Positions 52,042 to 62,379 are shown, counted from the first letter of the stretch. The stretch is DNA of 64,000 nucleotides from an uncultured Chlamydiae bacterium (GCA_963713615.1 CAVQMM010000001.1:3456001-3520000), one strand, 5' to 3'. A program made the numbers and translations. Notes: generated by a model from the letters alone, not told the origin.

Positions 52042-52339
52042 CTTTTGTCTGGAGTCTATGTATCTAGGAGGTGACTTTTTTTGGGGTGATGTGGTAAAAA
52101 TCTTTCTTCACATTGTTAAAGTAACATTAAAGGGGGTTGGTCGCTTATGGCCAATCGGACAACAATTTCTAAACGTATTCTAGAAGTCTCTGACGATCTT
52201 TTATATATCATTGGTTATGTTAGTCACATAGATCTGAAAAACAAGATTACGAACAAATAAAGTAGTTGTGTATGGCGAAGTCGAAAAAATCTCTTTCAAA
52301 CATCATTACAAGATCTAAGTCACCAAACTTGTTAATCCT

Positions 52340-52738
52340 ATGATGGGCGTTGCTGCCCTTGAAGATATTCTTAAAGGCGCTTCTTCTGAAGTAGCTTCCA
52401 AAATACGATTGTCACAGCATCTGATCGATTGGACCTCACGTTTACAGTATTTTCGAGACCGAGAAAATGATCGTAAACAGTTTATGGCAGATGTTGAGGC
52501 TGGAAAGCGCTCTCTTCAAATGCTCTCCTGTAACCTTCTCAGCTATCAACAAGAAGGCATGCTTCATCTGGCCTTTCAAGGACGTGCCATTTTAGCCGAT
52601 GAAATGGGGCTTGGAAAGACCATCCAGGCGATTGCTCTAAAGCACTACACATTCGCGAGCCGTTTGAGGATGAGCAAAATGCCGAAGTTCTACTGGCTCT
52701 TATCATGTCGTGGATGGAAGATCTTTCCACAACCCTAG
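52340..52738 (+). pseudogene. SNF2 helicase fragment, duplicate
   Basis: Copy of 47155-47580 with an earlier stop. Confidence 0.75.
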
Positions 52739-52790
52739 CTGAGCTTCGACTGGGAGTAGTTATGATGGCGTAGTGTCAAAGGCAAATTTG

Positions 52791-52830
52791 TCAGGAATCA
52801 GTTAGTCAATTCAGGAGTCAGTTAGTCAAT
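52791..52830 (+). repeat. 20-bp tandem repeat at the duplication boundary
   Basis: tcaggaatcagttagtcaat tcaggagtcagttagtcaat. Confidence 0.8.
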
Positions 52831-53265
52831 AACGTACGTTTTGACGTGGACTGAACCCCCCGCTCAAATGAGGCGCAGCGTCGTTTGTCTCTTTTTATCT
52901 AGAAGGCGCGGAGCAAGTCTGCTAAAGCAACGCCAGATCACATACGCATTAATCGGCCATTTCGTTCGGTTGATTTGCTATCCTATTCTGAAAAGGGCTC
53001 AAAAATTGTTTTATGGCATCTATAAATCCTTGATTGCGAACACGAAAGACTGCGTGCCCCGTCCTCTTAAAGCTGTATAACTTTGATCCTTGGTGTTTTT
53101 CTTGAACATGGTGGGTAAAATGCGATTGCAAAAATTTAAAAACACATCCTGCATCATCCTCACCTTCAATCATACACACAGTCAAAATCTAAAAATGTTT
53201 CTTGTCTCTAATACATAATGATAAATACTCTGGTAGCCAACATGGGTCATTTTATGAGATGGTTG

Positions 53266-53712
53266 TTATGTCTTAGAGGGATCGAAGACGCTTATGAATT
53301 TTCCGATGCCGTATTCTAGAATTTTTTCGTCGCAGGTAACGAGAACGGCATTTTCTTCATGTGCAGTTGCGATTAATAATCGATCGACGGGATCTCCATG
53401 GACGTTTCCAGGCAATCGAGTGCTTTGTATCGCAATGCGAGGGGTGATGGGACAAACCTGTAGCCCAGCCTCTTCCAGGGCTTGGTTAACCCAATCCAGG
53501 ACATCCATGTCGATTTCGATGCGTTTCTTCTCAACCAACATTCCAATTTCCCACACGGACATTGGCGAAACAAAGATTCCATGCGTTCCTAAGATTTTGT
53601 CAAAGGTTTGAGCAAATTTCTCCGTTAGCTTGGAGTTGCCTGTTAGCGCCCACAACCAAACATGAGTGTCTAATAATAGTTTATGTCGCTTTATGCTTTT
53701 AAGAACTGGCAT
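53266..53712 (-). CDS. VapC/PIN toxin
   Basis: LLLDTHVWLW, SVWEI, HGDPVDRLL, LVTCD. Confidence 0.92.
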   Translation of the reverse strand: MPVLKSIKRHKLLLDTHVWLWALTGNSKLTEKFAQTFDKILGTHGIFVSPMSVWEIGMLVEKKRIEIDMDVLDWVNQALEEAGLQVCPITPRIAIQSTRLPGNVHGDPVDRLLIATAHEENAVLVTCDEKILEYGIGKFISVFDPSKT

Positions 53713-53953
53713 TCCAAACTTCTTCGATTGAAGCAATGATGTCGCCTTTAAAATGAACAGTGCCTTTTAGTTTGCCAAAAACTCGTTCGTCTTGCTTATC
53801 GATTGGGACAAGCTTGGCAATGGGAACATTTCTTTTGGTGATCACCACTTTGCGATGGGTTCTCTTTACGTCGTCCATGACTTTTAGGCATTCTGCTTTG
53901 AACTTTCCGGCTTTCATCTGGTAGTCCACTAACGCCTCCTTGGTTATGGTCAT
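53699..53953 (-). CDS. Phd/YefM antitoxin
   Basis: AGKFKAECLKVMD...VITKRNVPIAKLVP. Confidence 0.9.
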   Translation of the reverse strand: MTITKEALVDYQMKAGKFKAECLKVMDDVKRTHRKVVITKRNVPIAKLVPIDKQDERVFGKLKGTVHFKGDIIASIEEVWNASS

Positions 53954-54305
53954 CTTACCATAGTCACGCTTGTTTTGCAATAGTCAAGCTGGGGGCTCGT
54001 CCTGGGGTGTTGATTTGAGTTTTTTTGTCTCAATCACCGCCGAGCTTCTATGCGCTCGCGCTGCGCGCCGAGTGACGATTGTGACTCCAAAGCGTAGCAC
54101 ATCTATTCGATGGTTTGTGGCAGCAAAAAGCTCCCCCAATTCTTCCCAAGAACCATCTAACAGTCCTGTGATCGCAGGTTCTCGAGTTCAGCGACGAGCT
54201 TTCACCCCTATGAATTTTGACCTTTTCCATTCTGTTGACAATCTATGAGTTTTGATTCAAAGTTGAGTCATACACGGCTAGGTTCATGGACAGCCTGGAC
54301 CTGAT

Positions 54306-54737
54306 AAGGTAATTGCAAAATTACTTGAGCCCTTGAGAATCGATTCTCGAGAAAAAAGGTTACCTTTTTTTGTGAGAAGGCGATTCTAGAGAGCTTAAGT
54401 GGTATGGCACTATCCAGTCTGGAAAGACAGGCTTTTCTCCCTTTCCAGGCCCGAAGGGTCGATATTGCAACAGGCCATGGCATCGCCATGGTATATGCCA
54501 GGAAGGGATTTCGCAGTCTGAAGGACTGCTACAAAACGCCAGTTTACAAACACCATTTATGCACGCGCTTTATGGCAGCCCTACAGGCTGCTAAAACCGT
54601 TTTGGCATATACCATGGCGATGCCATGGCCTGTTGCAATATCGACCCTTCGGGCCTGGGAAGGGAATGACTCTCTCTTCACCGGCATCCGATTTTCAGGA
54701 AATTGACTTCGGAGAATCGGACTTCTGCAATTACCTC
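54306..54737. mobile_element. MITE family B (432 bp)
   Basis: TIR (A/G)AGGTAATTGCA; 4-bp TSD TGAT; long internal palindrome. Confidence 0.88.
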
Positions 54738-54751
54738 TGATGGACATAAAT

Positions 54752-54835
54752 GAGGTAATTGCAGAAGTCCTCTGAACTTTTGTAGGTAAGCGTCAATGTC
54801 GATGGTGTGTAGTACGAGACTTCTGCAAGTACCTC
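54752..54835. mobile_element. 84-bp mini-element with family-B-type ends
   Basis: gaggtaattgcagaagtc ... gacttctgcaagtacctc. Confidence 0.65.
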
Positions 54836-54902
54836 TAACTGCTGGACTTTATGGACAATTGTAAGAATATTTGTGTGATGATCTAAATTGGAGGAATGAG
54901 AT

Positions 54903-55577
54903 ATGTGGACGATTAACCTGGTGGGTTTTAGTGCGGGGCTGGCGATAGCTGGTGCACTCTTGTTGAGCCAGCCATTGCTGTCTGCTAATGATGCGCCAGC
55001 AAAAGTCAATGAGGTCTCGGTTCAGAATGGCTTTACAGCACATAACAAAGTAGAACAGCTTGGAGATCATAGCTGGAAGCTATCTTTTACCACCGGTGAT
55101 GTTTCAATTACGGCGATATTTCCTGCTGAACCAAAACTATATACGCAAGTAAAAGAAAAGATGATTCGCTACGTAGCGACGGTGCAGGCCGAAGTTCCTA
55201 AGGGATCACCCACGCCAGGCCAAACGGTGGGGACTTACCAGGTGATCTTTATGGGAGATCCTAGTCAGCTGAACCAGCCTGGTCTTGATAAACCTGAAGA
55301 ACTCGCTAAGGCTTTGGCGCCACAAAATTGGTCCAAAGGGGACACTAGCGTGATAGTGGATTGGGCAAAAGTAGACACCAGCGTTTCCGGTCAATACAGT
55401 ATTCTGGCCAAGAGCCGATTCCAGTCGGGAACAGTCAGCGAGGATGTTCTTTCCCGCGACATTGTTACAAAGACAGGCGCCTTTATCGTCTCGGCTGCTA
55501 TTGATGATGCTTCTAAACTTGCCAATTGCCCCACCTGCCAAGCGGAAACCTTCATTAACAACTTCCAAATAAAATAG
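54903..55577 (+). CDS. Hypothetical exported protein
   Basis: Signal-peptide-like N-terminus; GGAGG RBS. Confidence 0.75.
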   Translation: MWTINLVGFSAGLAIAGALLLSQPLLSANDAPAKVNEVSVQNGFTAHNKVEQLGDHSWKLSFTTGDVSITAIFPAEPKLYTQVKEKMIRYVATVQAEVPKGSPTPGQTVGTYQVIFMGDPSQLNQPGLDKPEELAKALAPQNWSKGDTSVIVDWAKVDTSVSGQYSILAKSRFQSGTVSEDVLSRDIVTKTGAFIVSAAIDDASKLANCPTCQAETFINNFQIK

Positions 55578-55587
55578 GACTGACTCT

Positions 55588-56538
55588 TTGATTAAAAACG
55601 TCATTATTATTACTCCCTATAACCCTGATTGGCCCACAATGTTTGAGGCCGAAGCGCTAAAGATTCGGGAAGCTCTTGGTGATAATTGCCTAGCTGTTCA
55701 TCATGTTGGCTCTACTGCGGTACCAGGGCTTGCTGCCAAACCTAAGATCGACATCATTGCTGTTGTTAGCGATCCGATTAATGCCGTAGAGGCTCTAGAG
55801 AAAATCGGCATTCAATACCGAGGTGAGTATAATATTCCTATGCACTATGGTTTCAGCAAACGTGGAAGTATTGATGTTAACCTACATGTCTATGAGAACG
55901 GTCATCCAGAAATTGAACTGAATCTTCTTTTCAGAGATTACTTAAGAAAGCATCCAGATGTAAGAGATGAGTATGCAAATCTGAAAGAGAATCTTTTAAG
56001 GGATAGCGCTTCTTTCGAGAAAAGAAATTCGATGTTTACCGGCTATAACTTGGGAAAAGATGCTTTCATAAGCAAAGTCCTAAAAGCTGCAAACTTTAAT
56101 CGCATACGGATAATGAGATGCACCCATTATGCTGAGTGGGATATGGCTAAGAAATTAAGACAAAAATACTTCTTTGCGCCTCTGGGGATTAGCGATCCTT
56201 ATACTTGGACCTTTGACCATAAAGATCATGTTCATTTTATTCTTTATCAAGGCATTGAAATAATTGGATATGCTCATATTCAATTTTGGCCTGATCATAG
56301 AGCTGCTCTAAGGATTTTTGTCATTGATGAAGCTTGCCGACAGCATGGTTTTGGTTCGCAATTTCTGGAGTTTTGTGAACGATGGTTGAAAAAACAAGGT
56401 ATCGCGTCTTTGCACGATGAGGCAAGACCTGATGCCGTGGAATTTTATCGCAAAAACGGGTATGTGGAGATGCCTTTTGAAGACCCGACTGGTGAGCCGC
56501 CAAGCTCTCTAGATATCGCCATGGGGAAAAAATTATGA
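55588..56538 (+). CDS. GrpB (UPF0157)-GNAT acetyltransferase fusion
   Basis: HHVGSTAVPGLAAKPKIDI, FRDYLR; C-terminal RQHGFGS...AVEFYRKNGY. Confidence 0.88.
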   Translation: MIKNVIIITPYNPDWPTMFEAEALKIREALGDNCLAVHHVGSTAVPGLAAKPKIDIIAVVSDPINAVEALEKIGIQYRGEYNIPMHYGFSKRGSIDVNLHVYENGHPEIELNLLFRDYLRKHPDVRDEYANLKENLLRDSASFEKRNSMFTGYNLGKDAFISKVLKAANFNRIRIMRCTHYAEWDMAKKLRQKYFFAPLGISDPYTWTFDHKDHVHFILYQGIEIIGYAHIQFWPDHRAALRIFVIDEACRQHGFGSQFLEFCERWLKKQGIASLHDEARPDAVEFYRKNGYVEMPFEDPTGEPPSSLDIAMGKKL

Positions 56539-56642
56539 GGCTATAAATCATCCGGTGCTGGGAAGCGTCTTCACAGTGCCTGGGCATCAACGGCGCGAAT
56601 TATTGCTCTGTTTTAGATCAAAGGAATTATGATGACAAGTAT

Positions 56643-57536
56643 GTGGCTTTTTGGGAAAATTTCGCTTTTGTTTTACCTAGAAAAACTATCGTGAATGCAT
56701 ACCAGATTAAATATGGGCCTTGGGCTCTCATTACAGGTGCTGCTCGAGGCATTGGTAAAGCTTTTGCTAAACAGATTGCCCATCTTGGCATCAACGTTAT
56801 CCTAGTCGATATTCTTCAAGATGAGTTAGATCAAATAGCTCAGGAACTTGGTTCATTTGTACAAGTCAAGGCCATTCAAGTGGATTTGGGAGATCCTGTT
56901 CAGGTAAGCAGGCTGATAGATGCTTGTATTCCCTATGAAATTGGTCTTTTTTGTTGCAATCACGCGGCAACGCATCTATTTCCTGATGGAAGGTTGAGAT
57001 TATGGGCGGATACTGACTGGACGAGTCTTAGTGCAATGCTTGATGTCAATTTACATACTTCATTAAAATTGACCTATTTTTTTGCACAAAAAATGAGAAT
57101 TTTGAAACGAGGGGGCATTATCCTTGTTTCATCAGGTGCAGCACTGATGGGAAGTCCCTATCTGGCTCAATATTCCGCTATTAAAGCTTTTTTAACTAAT
57201 CTAGGTGAGACTTTGTGGTGGGAGCTAAAGCGCGACGGAATTGATGTCATTACAGTTTTGCCAGGAGCCACAAGGACACCGGGTGCTCTTCGTTTCATGA
57301 ATGAGTTGGGTCAGAAAAAAATTGCACTCATGTCACCAGAGGATGTTGCCCAAGCTGCATTGAATTCATTGGGCAAGAAATTAAGCGTAATTGTGGGCTG
57401 GAAAAATCGTTTTCAGGCCTTTTTAACGGGTTATCTCTTGCCGCGACATTGGAGTATCTCAGCTTTTGGTGCATTTTTTCCGCGATTTTTCAATGTCTTC
57501 TCCAAATCCCCGGAGGAGAGAAGCCAAGACTTGTGA
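56643..57536 (+). CDS. SDR family oxidoreductase
   Basis: TGAARGIG, YSAIK, PGATRT. Confidence 0.9.
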   Translation: MAFWENFAFVLPRKTIVNAYQIKYGPWALITGAARGIGKAFAKQIAHLGINVILVDILQDELDQIAQELGSFVQVKAIQVDLGDPVQVSRLIDACIPYEIGLFCCNHAATHLFPDGRLRLWADTDWTSLSAMLDVNLHTSLKLTYFFAQKMRILKRGGIILVSSGAALMGSPYLAQYSAIKAFLTNLGETLWWELKRDGIDVITVLPGATRTPGALRFMNELGQKKIALMSPEDVAQAALNSLGKKLSVIVGWKNRFQAFLTGYLLPRHWSISAFGAFFPRFFNVFSKSPEERSQDL

Positions 57537-57559
57537 AGCGATGCTAGAGTGGCCTTTCT

Positions 57560-57700
57560 CTGTGGCGCAGTCATTCCATGCATTCCATGACTGCGAGAAC
57601 GGTTGAAACAGTTTCTGTTTGCATCACATGGGACGTTTGTTTTGCACGTCTCCACAATTGCAACGGATTGGTCCGCAGTCATGGAATGACTGCGCCACAG
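57560..57700. repeat. REP-like inverted doublet
   Basis: ctgtggcgcagtcattccatg...actgcg and cgcagtcatggaatgactgcgccacag between convergent genes. Confidence 0.75.
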
Positions 57701-57804
57701 GGGAGCTGTTCTAATACTTCTGCAATTACCTCCTTAGGTCCTTTTTACCCCAGCAAGAACGAGCGCTACAGCAATTTGTATGAGTTGAAATGGTGTGGTC
57801 GTCT

Positions 57805-58440
57805 TCAGAGTTTTTTGAGGGTCTTATTGACAGCGGCTAGTGATTCAACAGCGTCTTTAAAGGCGCTGACGGCATCTTTTAACCCTTTACGCGGGTCTGG
57901 GCTGCGGATCAGCTTTTGAAACTCTGTCAGTGTGCCGGTAATAAACTGATGTAGGTTCCATTTCTTGGTTAACGAACAAGCCAACTGCACAATTTCGATG
58001 TTGTCAAACGGCTTCTTTAAGATGAATAGACGATCGGTTTCTCCAAAGCGTTCTAAGAGATCCTGCCAGGTGTGTTTTGCATAGGCGGTGCAAATGACTA
58101 TTTGAATGTCGGGATCCAGCTTCCACATTTGTGCGATGGTTTCAACGCCATCAATACCAGGAGGCATTTGCACGTCGACGAAGGCCATAGCGTAGGGTTT
58201 TTGATTGATAAGGCTTTGCTGCACCAGTTTGATGCCTTCCTCGCCTTGATATGCGGAGTCTATTTTAAATGGGGGTAACTTGGCATGTGTATTTGCGTGT
58301 GTTTCAAAGAGTTCTGTGCTGAGGTCCTGGAGGTGTTTATCTGGTTGTGCATAGTTAGAGATCAGGATTTTACGGAAATCATCGTGTATGGAAATCATAT
58401 CATCGATGAGTAGTATGCGATAGTTGTCTCTATTATTCAT
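57805..58440 (-). CDS. Response regulator (receiver with insertion, no DNA-binding output)
   Basis: LLIDD, AFVDVQMPPGIDG, ICTAY, KKPF; start overlaps the kinase stop. Confidence 0.9.
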   Translation of the reverse strand: MNNRDNYRILLIDDMISIHDDFRKILISNYAQPDKHLQDLSTELFETHANTHAKLPPFKIDSAYQGEEGIKLVQQSLINQKPYAMAFVDVQMPPGIDGVETIAQMWKLDPDIQIVICTAYAKHTWQDLLERFGETDRLFILKKPFDNIEIVQLACSLTKKWNLHQFITGTLTEFQKLIRSPDPRKGLKDAVSAFKDAVESLAAVNKTLKKL

Positions 58441-61241
58441 TGTATCCTACCTAAGAATTCATTGCTCTGTTGTCCTTTTAGGGGCAGTTCAAGGATGAAG
58501 GTAGCCCCTTTTCCAAGGCCCTGGCTAAAAGCTTTTAGCGAGCCACCCATTTCCTGGGCAGAGATGGCGCTGGAGTGTAGTCCAAAACCGTGGCCATCTT
58601 TTTTGGTTGTAAAGCCGTGAGAGAAAATCTTTGTAATATTTTTTGGGTCTATTCCTAAGCCACTGTCAATGACGCTAATTTGAACCTTTTCGTCTCCAAT
58701 AAGCTTTGATTGTAGCGTGAGCTGTTTATTCCCGGATTCACTAGACATCAAGGCTGCTTTAGCGTTTTTTATCAGGTTAATCAGGATCTGCAGCGCCTTT
58801 ACTTTATCGATTGCTAGGGAGATGTCTGCATCAAAGATCTGAGAGACGTGAATGCCTGAGCGTTCGAATTCCTCTTCATTGATCGCAAGGGCATCATTGA
58901 TGAGCTGAGAGATGGTGACCTGTTCGATGATGCCCTGTTGACCGCTCAAGGACTGCTGCATCTTAATGATGCTTTTTACGTGCTGTACTTTTTTGGTCAG
59001 AGAGCGGAGTTCCTTTGCAATTGCGGCCTGTTCCTTCTGCCATTGGGTGGTGACGAGCTGTAAATATTCCGGGATTTTTTTGCCTTTTGGGTCATTAGTG
59101 AGGAAAGTGGCGAGGTCATTTTCATGTGCGCTAATCATCTGGGATAACTTAGGCACATCACGCAAAGCGGATTGTTGGAAGGTTTGTTCTACAAGGGAGG
59201 CAGAGACGTTGATGCTCGTCAGGACATTCCCTACGTTATGTAGGACATTTGTGGCGACATCTGCCATACCCGCACGTCGCGCTGCAGCGACGAGTTCAGC
59301 ATTTAGCTGAATGCGAATGGCGACTTCATTCTGTAGTTCTTGGGTACGCTCTGAGACGCGTTCTTCTAGATGTTCGTTGGCTTTTTCCAGTTGTTGGCGC
59401 GCTATTTTGAGGTTTTCACGAGCATCATTAAGACCGGACATAGATCTTTCGACTTCATGTTGAAGCCTATTGAACGAATCTGCCATTTCTCCTAGTTCGT
59501 CATTGGAAAGGACGACTACAGGGCGAATTTCGGGAGCTGTATAGGGATGGTCTAAGTCGCCCTTAGCGAGTGCTTCAATGGCCTTTCTGAAGTCCATCAA
59601 AGTGACATTGGAAAGTTGTCGAGCGGATTTAGAGACTTCCCCTGCGGCATGAGCGATCATACCGGGCAATACTAGCCCGACAGTAAGTGTGAGCAGGGCG
59701 ACGACAACAAAGAGGTCTGACAGGAAGGCTATTTGGGCTGTATCGTGGTTAGGGACAGTGCTAAGGGCAATCAGGTAGCCGATGGTATCGAGGACCAGGA
59801 CGGCGATCATTGTACCGGTTAGTTTGACGTGCAAGGTGGGGGCGAGTCGTGGTAGACCTGCGCGTTTTCGGTCTTCGAACTTACGCCAAGCGAAGAGGGC
59901 AGCTCCCGCATAGGCAAAGCCTATTCCGATGGTCACGGTTTCTAGGCCGAACTGTTCAAATCCGAGAATGATGGCGATGGCCCATCCGCAGGCAGCAAAC
60001 AGTCCGAGACCTATTGTGCCTTTTGGGGCTCTATAGGGGCGTTGCATTTCTGGTTCATTGCGACGCAAGAGCCATACAGCAATATTTGGCATACAGATGC
60101 CGATGAGATAGGTTAAATTCGCTGCGGCGATGATCCAGATCGGTTCATCCAGCCAAAGAAATCCGATGGCCATTGCGGCAGTGAGGAGAGTTGCTGATAG
60201 GGGAGCATCTGACTTGCATCTTTTGCTAAGAAAGTGGGGTAGGAGGCCGTCATCAGCTAATTGTGAGAGGGTCCTTGAAGCACCTGCCAGGGGAGCCATA
60301 GTGCCATGGAACATATTGAACATGATGAAGCCTAGTGCGACGGCGGGCGCTAGCAGGCCGAAGAGAGGGGTGAAGGTGGCTCCAAGGACCTCAATCATGT
60401 CAAAGTGCGTTGTTGTGAGTCCTAGAACACCGAGCCATACGATAGGAAGAACAATGAAAAAGAGTCCTGCAACTAAGGCGCTGACATAGACGGTTTTTGG
60501 GAAGGTTTTATTTGGGTCAACCATCTCGCCAACATGGCAACAGCTTTGTTCAAAGGCTGGAGCAGCAAAGCCGACGAAATAGAGTCCCGCCATGGCGGCC
60601 GTCACTTTGCCGAATATTCCTTGAAAAGGTGCAATCAGCTCGTAGGTCGTGGCTTGGTGCCAATCCATCGAACCAGTCAATATGGGGACGATGCTGGACA
60701 CTATTGCTAGGGCTACGCAGACGATGAATGAGGGAATGGCGAGTCGGGCAACCCATTGAATGCCGCAGAGATTGACGATGGTGAATATGATGACAATCAG
60801 ACTAGCTAAGACATTTACAGGAATTGAGGTAAGGAAAAGGTGGTGAATCGCTGTGGCTGCTAGAATGGCAGTCAACCCGCAGGTGGGTACCCATCCCCAC
60901 CAGTAACAGACGCCTGTCAAGGTTCCCAAAATAGGGCTGTAAGGGCGAAAGGCCTCGGCGCAGGTAGCGGCGATTCCCCCGACGCGATTTGGATACATCA
61001 AGGTGAGTTCGATCCAACCCGGCATAGCGGCCCAACTTAATAGTAAGCCGAGCGCGAGCAGTGGTACCGCAGCACTACCAACACCTAAGATATCGCCCTG
61101 GCCTGCATACAAGGTAGTAATCAGGAATAAACTTTGATTACTGCCGCCTAATGCAACAGCAGCGGTTCCCACCCAGCCCAAGCGCCTGGGATGAGGTGTT
61201 TGTGGTGGGCTTGCTTGTTCAACCGGTGCTGGAAGCATCAT
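58437..61241 (-). CDS. APC amino-acid permease-HAMP-histidine kinase fusion
   Basis: About 12-TM APC domain (ELTLMYPNRVGG, GEMVDP, SRTLSQLADDGLLP, RPYRAP), 2 further TMs, HAMP (DELGEMADSFN), H-box VLHNVGN, N/G1/F/G2 boxes. Confidence 0.9.
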   Translation of the reverse strand: MMLPAPVEQASPPQTPHPRRLGWVGTAAVALGGSNQSLFLITTLYAGQGDILGVGSAAVPLLALGLLLSWAAMPGWIELTLMYPNRVGGIAATCAEAFRPYSPILGTLTGVCYWWGWVPTCGLTAILAATAIHHLFLTSIPVNVLASLIVIIFTIVNLCGIQWVARLAIPSFIVCVALAIVSSIVPILTGSMDWHQATTYELIAPFQGIFGKVTAAMAGLYFVGFAAPAFEQSCCHVGEMVDPNKTFPKTVYVSALVAGLFFIVLPIVWLGVLGLTTTHFDMIEVLGATFTPLFGLLAPAVALGFIMFNMFHGTMAPLAGASRTLSQLADDGLLPHFLSKRCKSDAPLSATLLTAAMAIGFLWLDEPIWIIAAANLTYLIGICMPNIAVWLLRRNEPEMQRPYRAPKGTIGLGLFAACGWAIAIILGFEQFGLETVTIGIGFAYAGAALFAWRKFEDRKRAGLPRLAPTLHVKLTGTMIAVLVLDTIGYLIALSTVPNHDTAQIAFLSDLFVVVALLTLTVGLVLPGMIAHAAGEVSKSARQLSNVTLMDFRKAIEALAKGDLDHPYTAPEIRPVVVLSNDELGEMADSFNRLQHEVERSMSGLNDARENLKIARQQLEKANEHLEERVSERTQELQNEVAIRIQLNAELVAAARRAGMADVATNVLHNVGNVLTSINVSASLVEQTFQQSALRDVPKLSQMISAHENDLATFLTNDPKGKKIPEYLQLVTTQWQKEQAAIAKELRSLTKKVQHVKSIIKMQQSLSGQQGIIEQVTISQLINDALAINEEEFERSGIHVSQIFDADISLAIDKVKALQILINLIKNAKAALMSSESGNKQLTLQSKLIGDEKVQISVIDSGLGIDPKNITKIFSHGFTTKKDGHGFGLHSSAISAQEMGGSLKAFSQGLGKGATFILELPLKGQQSNEFLGRIQ

Positions 61242-61406
61242 CGTTTCCTGCTGTTTGACTTACACTAAGGCACTGGACTTAATTTTTGTATTCTCTTTTT
61301 TTCTCTCCTTAGGCCAGAGCATCGCCCCATATTGTTAAGCTAAGAGAATTAGGAATTTTCACCGCCGAGACACCGAGATAGGAGAGAGAGGAAGAGGAAA
61401 GAATGG

Positions 61407-61511
61407 TCAGTTACTACCGATTCTGGACAAAATCCAGTCTAAGGGTTCCTGCAGGAATACCATTCTGTAGTGCCCTTAGACAGGACTTTGTCCAGAGTCG
61501 GTAGTAACTGA
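61407..61511. repeat. 105-bp palindromic element (39-bp arms)
   Basis: tcagttactaccgattctggacaaaatccagtctaaggg ... cccttagacaggactttgtccagagtcggtagtaactga. Confidence 0.8.
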
Positions 61512-62316
61512 ACAGATTCTAGGGTTTGGTGAGTGGCCCTATCCAGGAAAACTTTCCTACATATTCACTCGCAAGCCCATGGAATCTTCAAAAAAAGAGA
61601 TTGAATTTGCCTCGGATGATATCCAAGGCTTTATTCGTGAATTAGAAAGCCGTAACATAAGCAAGCTATGGATGGTTGGAGGCGCTGAACTGATTGACGC
61701 TTTTTACACTCAAGGAAGAATTGATGAGTTTATTGTGACGGTGTTTCCTAATGTTCTTAAGCACGGAATATCCTTAAGAGGTAATTGCAAAATTATTTGA
61801 GCCCTTGAGAATCGATTCTCAGAAAAAAAGGTTACCTTTTTATGCGAGAAGGCGATTCTGGAGAGCTCAAATGGCATGGCACTATCTAGTCTGGAGAGAC
61901 AGGCTTTTATCCCTTTCTAGGCCCGAAGGGTCGATATTGCAACAGGCCAGGGCATCGCCCTGGTATATGCCAAGGGGAATTTCGCAGTCTGAAAGACTGC
62001 CACAAGACGTCTGTATTCACACGCTATTTATGCAAGCGCCTTATGGCAGTCTTTCAGACTGCGAAATCCCTTCCTGGAATATACCAGGGCGATGCCCTGG
62101 CCTGTTGCAATATCGACCCTTCGGGCCTGGGAAGGGAATCGCTTATCTCTCTTCGCCGGCCGTCGAGTTTCAGGAAATTGACTTCGGAAACCGGACTTCT
62201 GCAATTACCTCTTAAAGACCTTACATGGTGCCTTGCAAAGGGATGGATTGATCTTGCAGCATTCCATTGACTTTGGTGCTGGAGTATTCCAGGAGCATTA
62301 CATAAGAAAAGCATAG
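61512..62316 (+). pseudogene. DHFR/RibD-C paralogue of 47620, 5'-truncated and interrupted by MITE B
   Basis: QILGFGEWPY...HGISL then KTLHGAL...GVFQEHYIRKA* resumes after the MITE. Confidence 0.85.
61778..62211. mobile_element. MITE family B (434 bp, diverged copy)
   Basis: TIR GAGGTAATTGCA; 4-bp TSD TTAA. Confidence 0.9.
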
Positions 62317-62379
62317 ATCGACAGCTTTATTAACTGTAAAATACTGCCTAGAATTCTGTGAGAAATGAGTTTGCATCGT

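Larger units (their letters stand above)
51325..52783 (+). repeat. About 1.46-kb direct duplication, copy 2
   Basis: Matches 46140-47598. Confidence 0.9.

Noticed and set aside
35379..52074. Repeated short ORFs such as MGLIHLCGQF and LFTFAVSFRS
   Set aside because: Translations of MITE family A, not genes
52841..53185. Possible transposase fragment
   Set aside because: No motif recognised in either overlapping ORF
51092..62314. Short ORFs such as MALSSLERQ, MAMPWPVAIS and MRIDSQKK
   Set aside because: Translations of palindromic MITE B/C sequence
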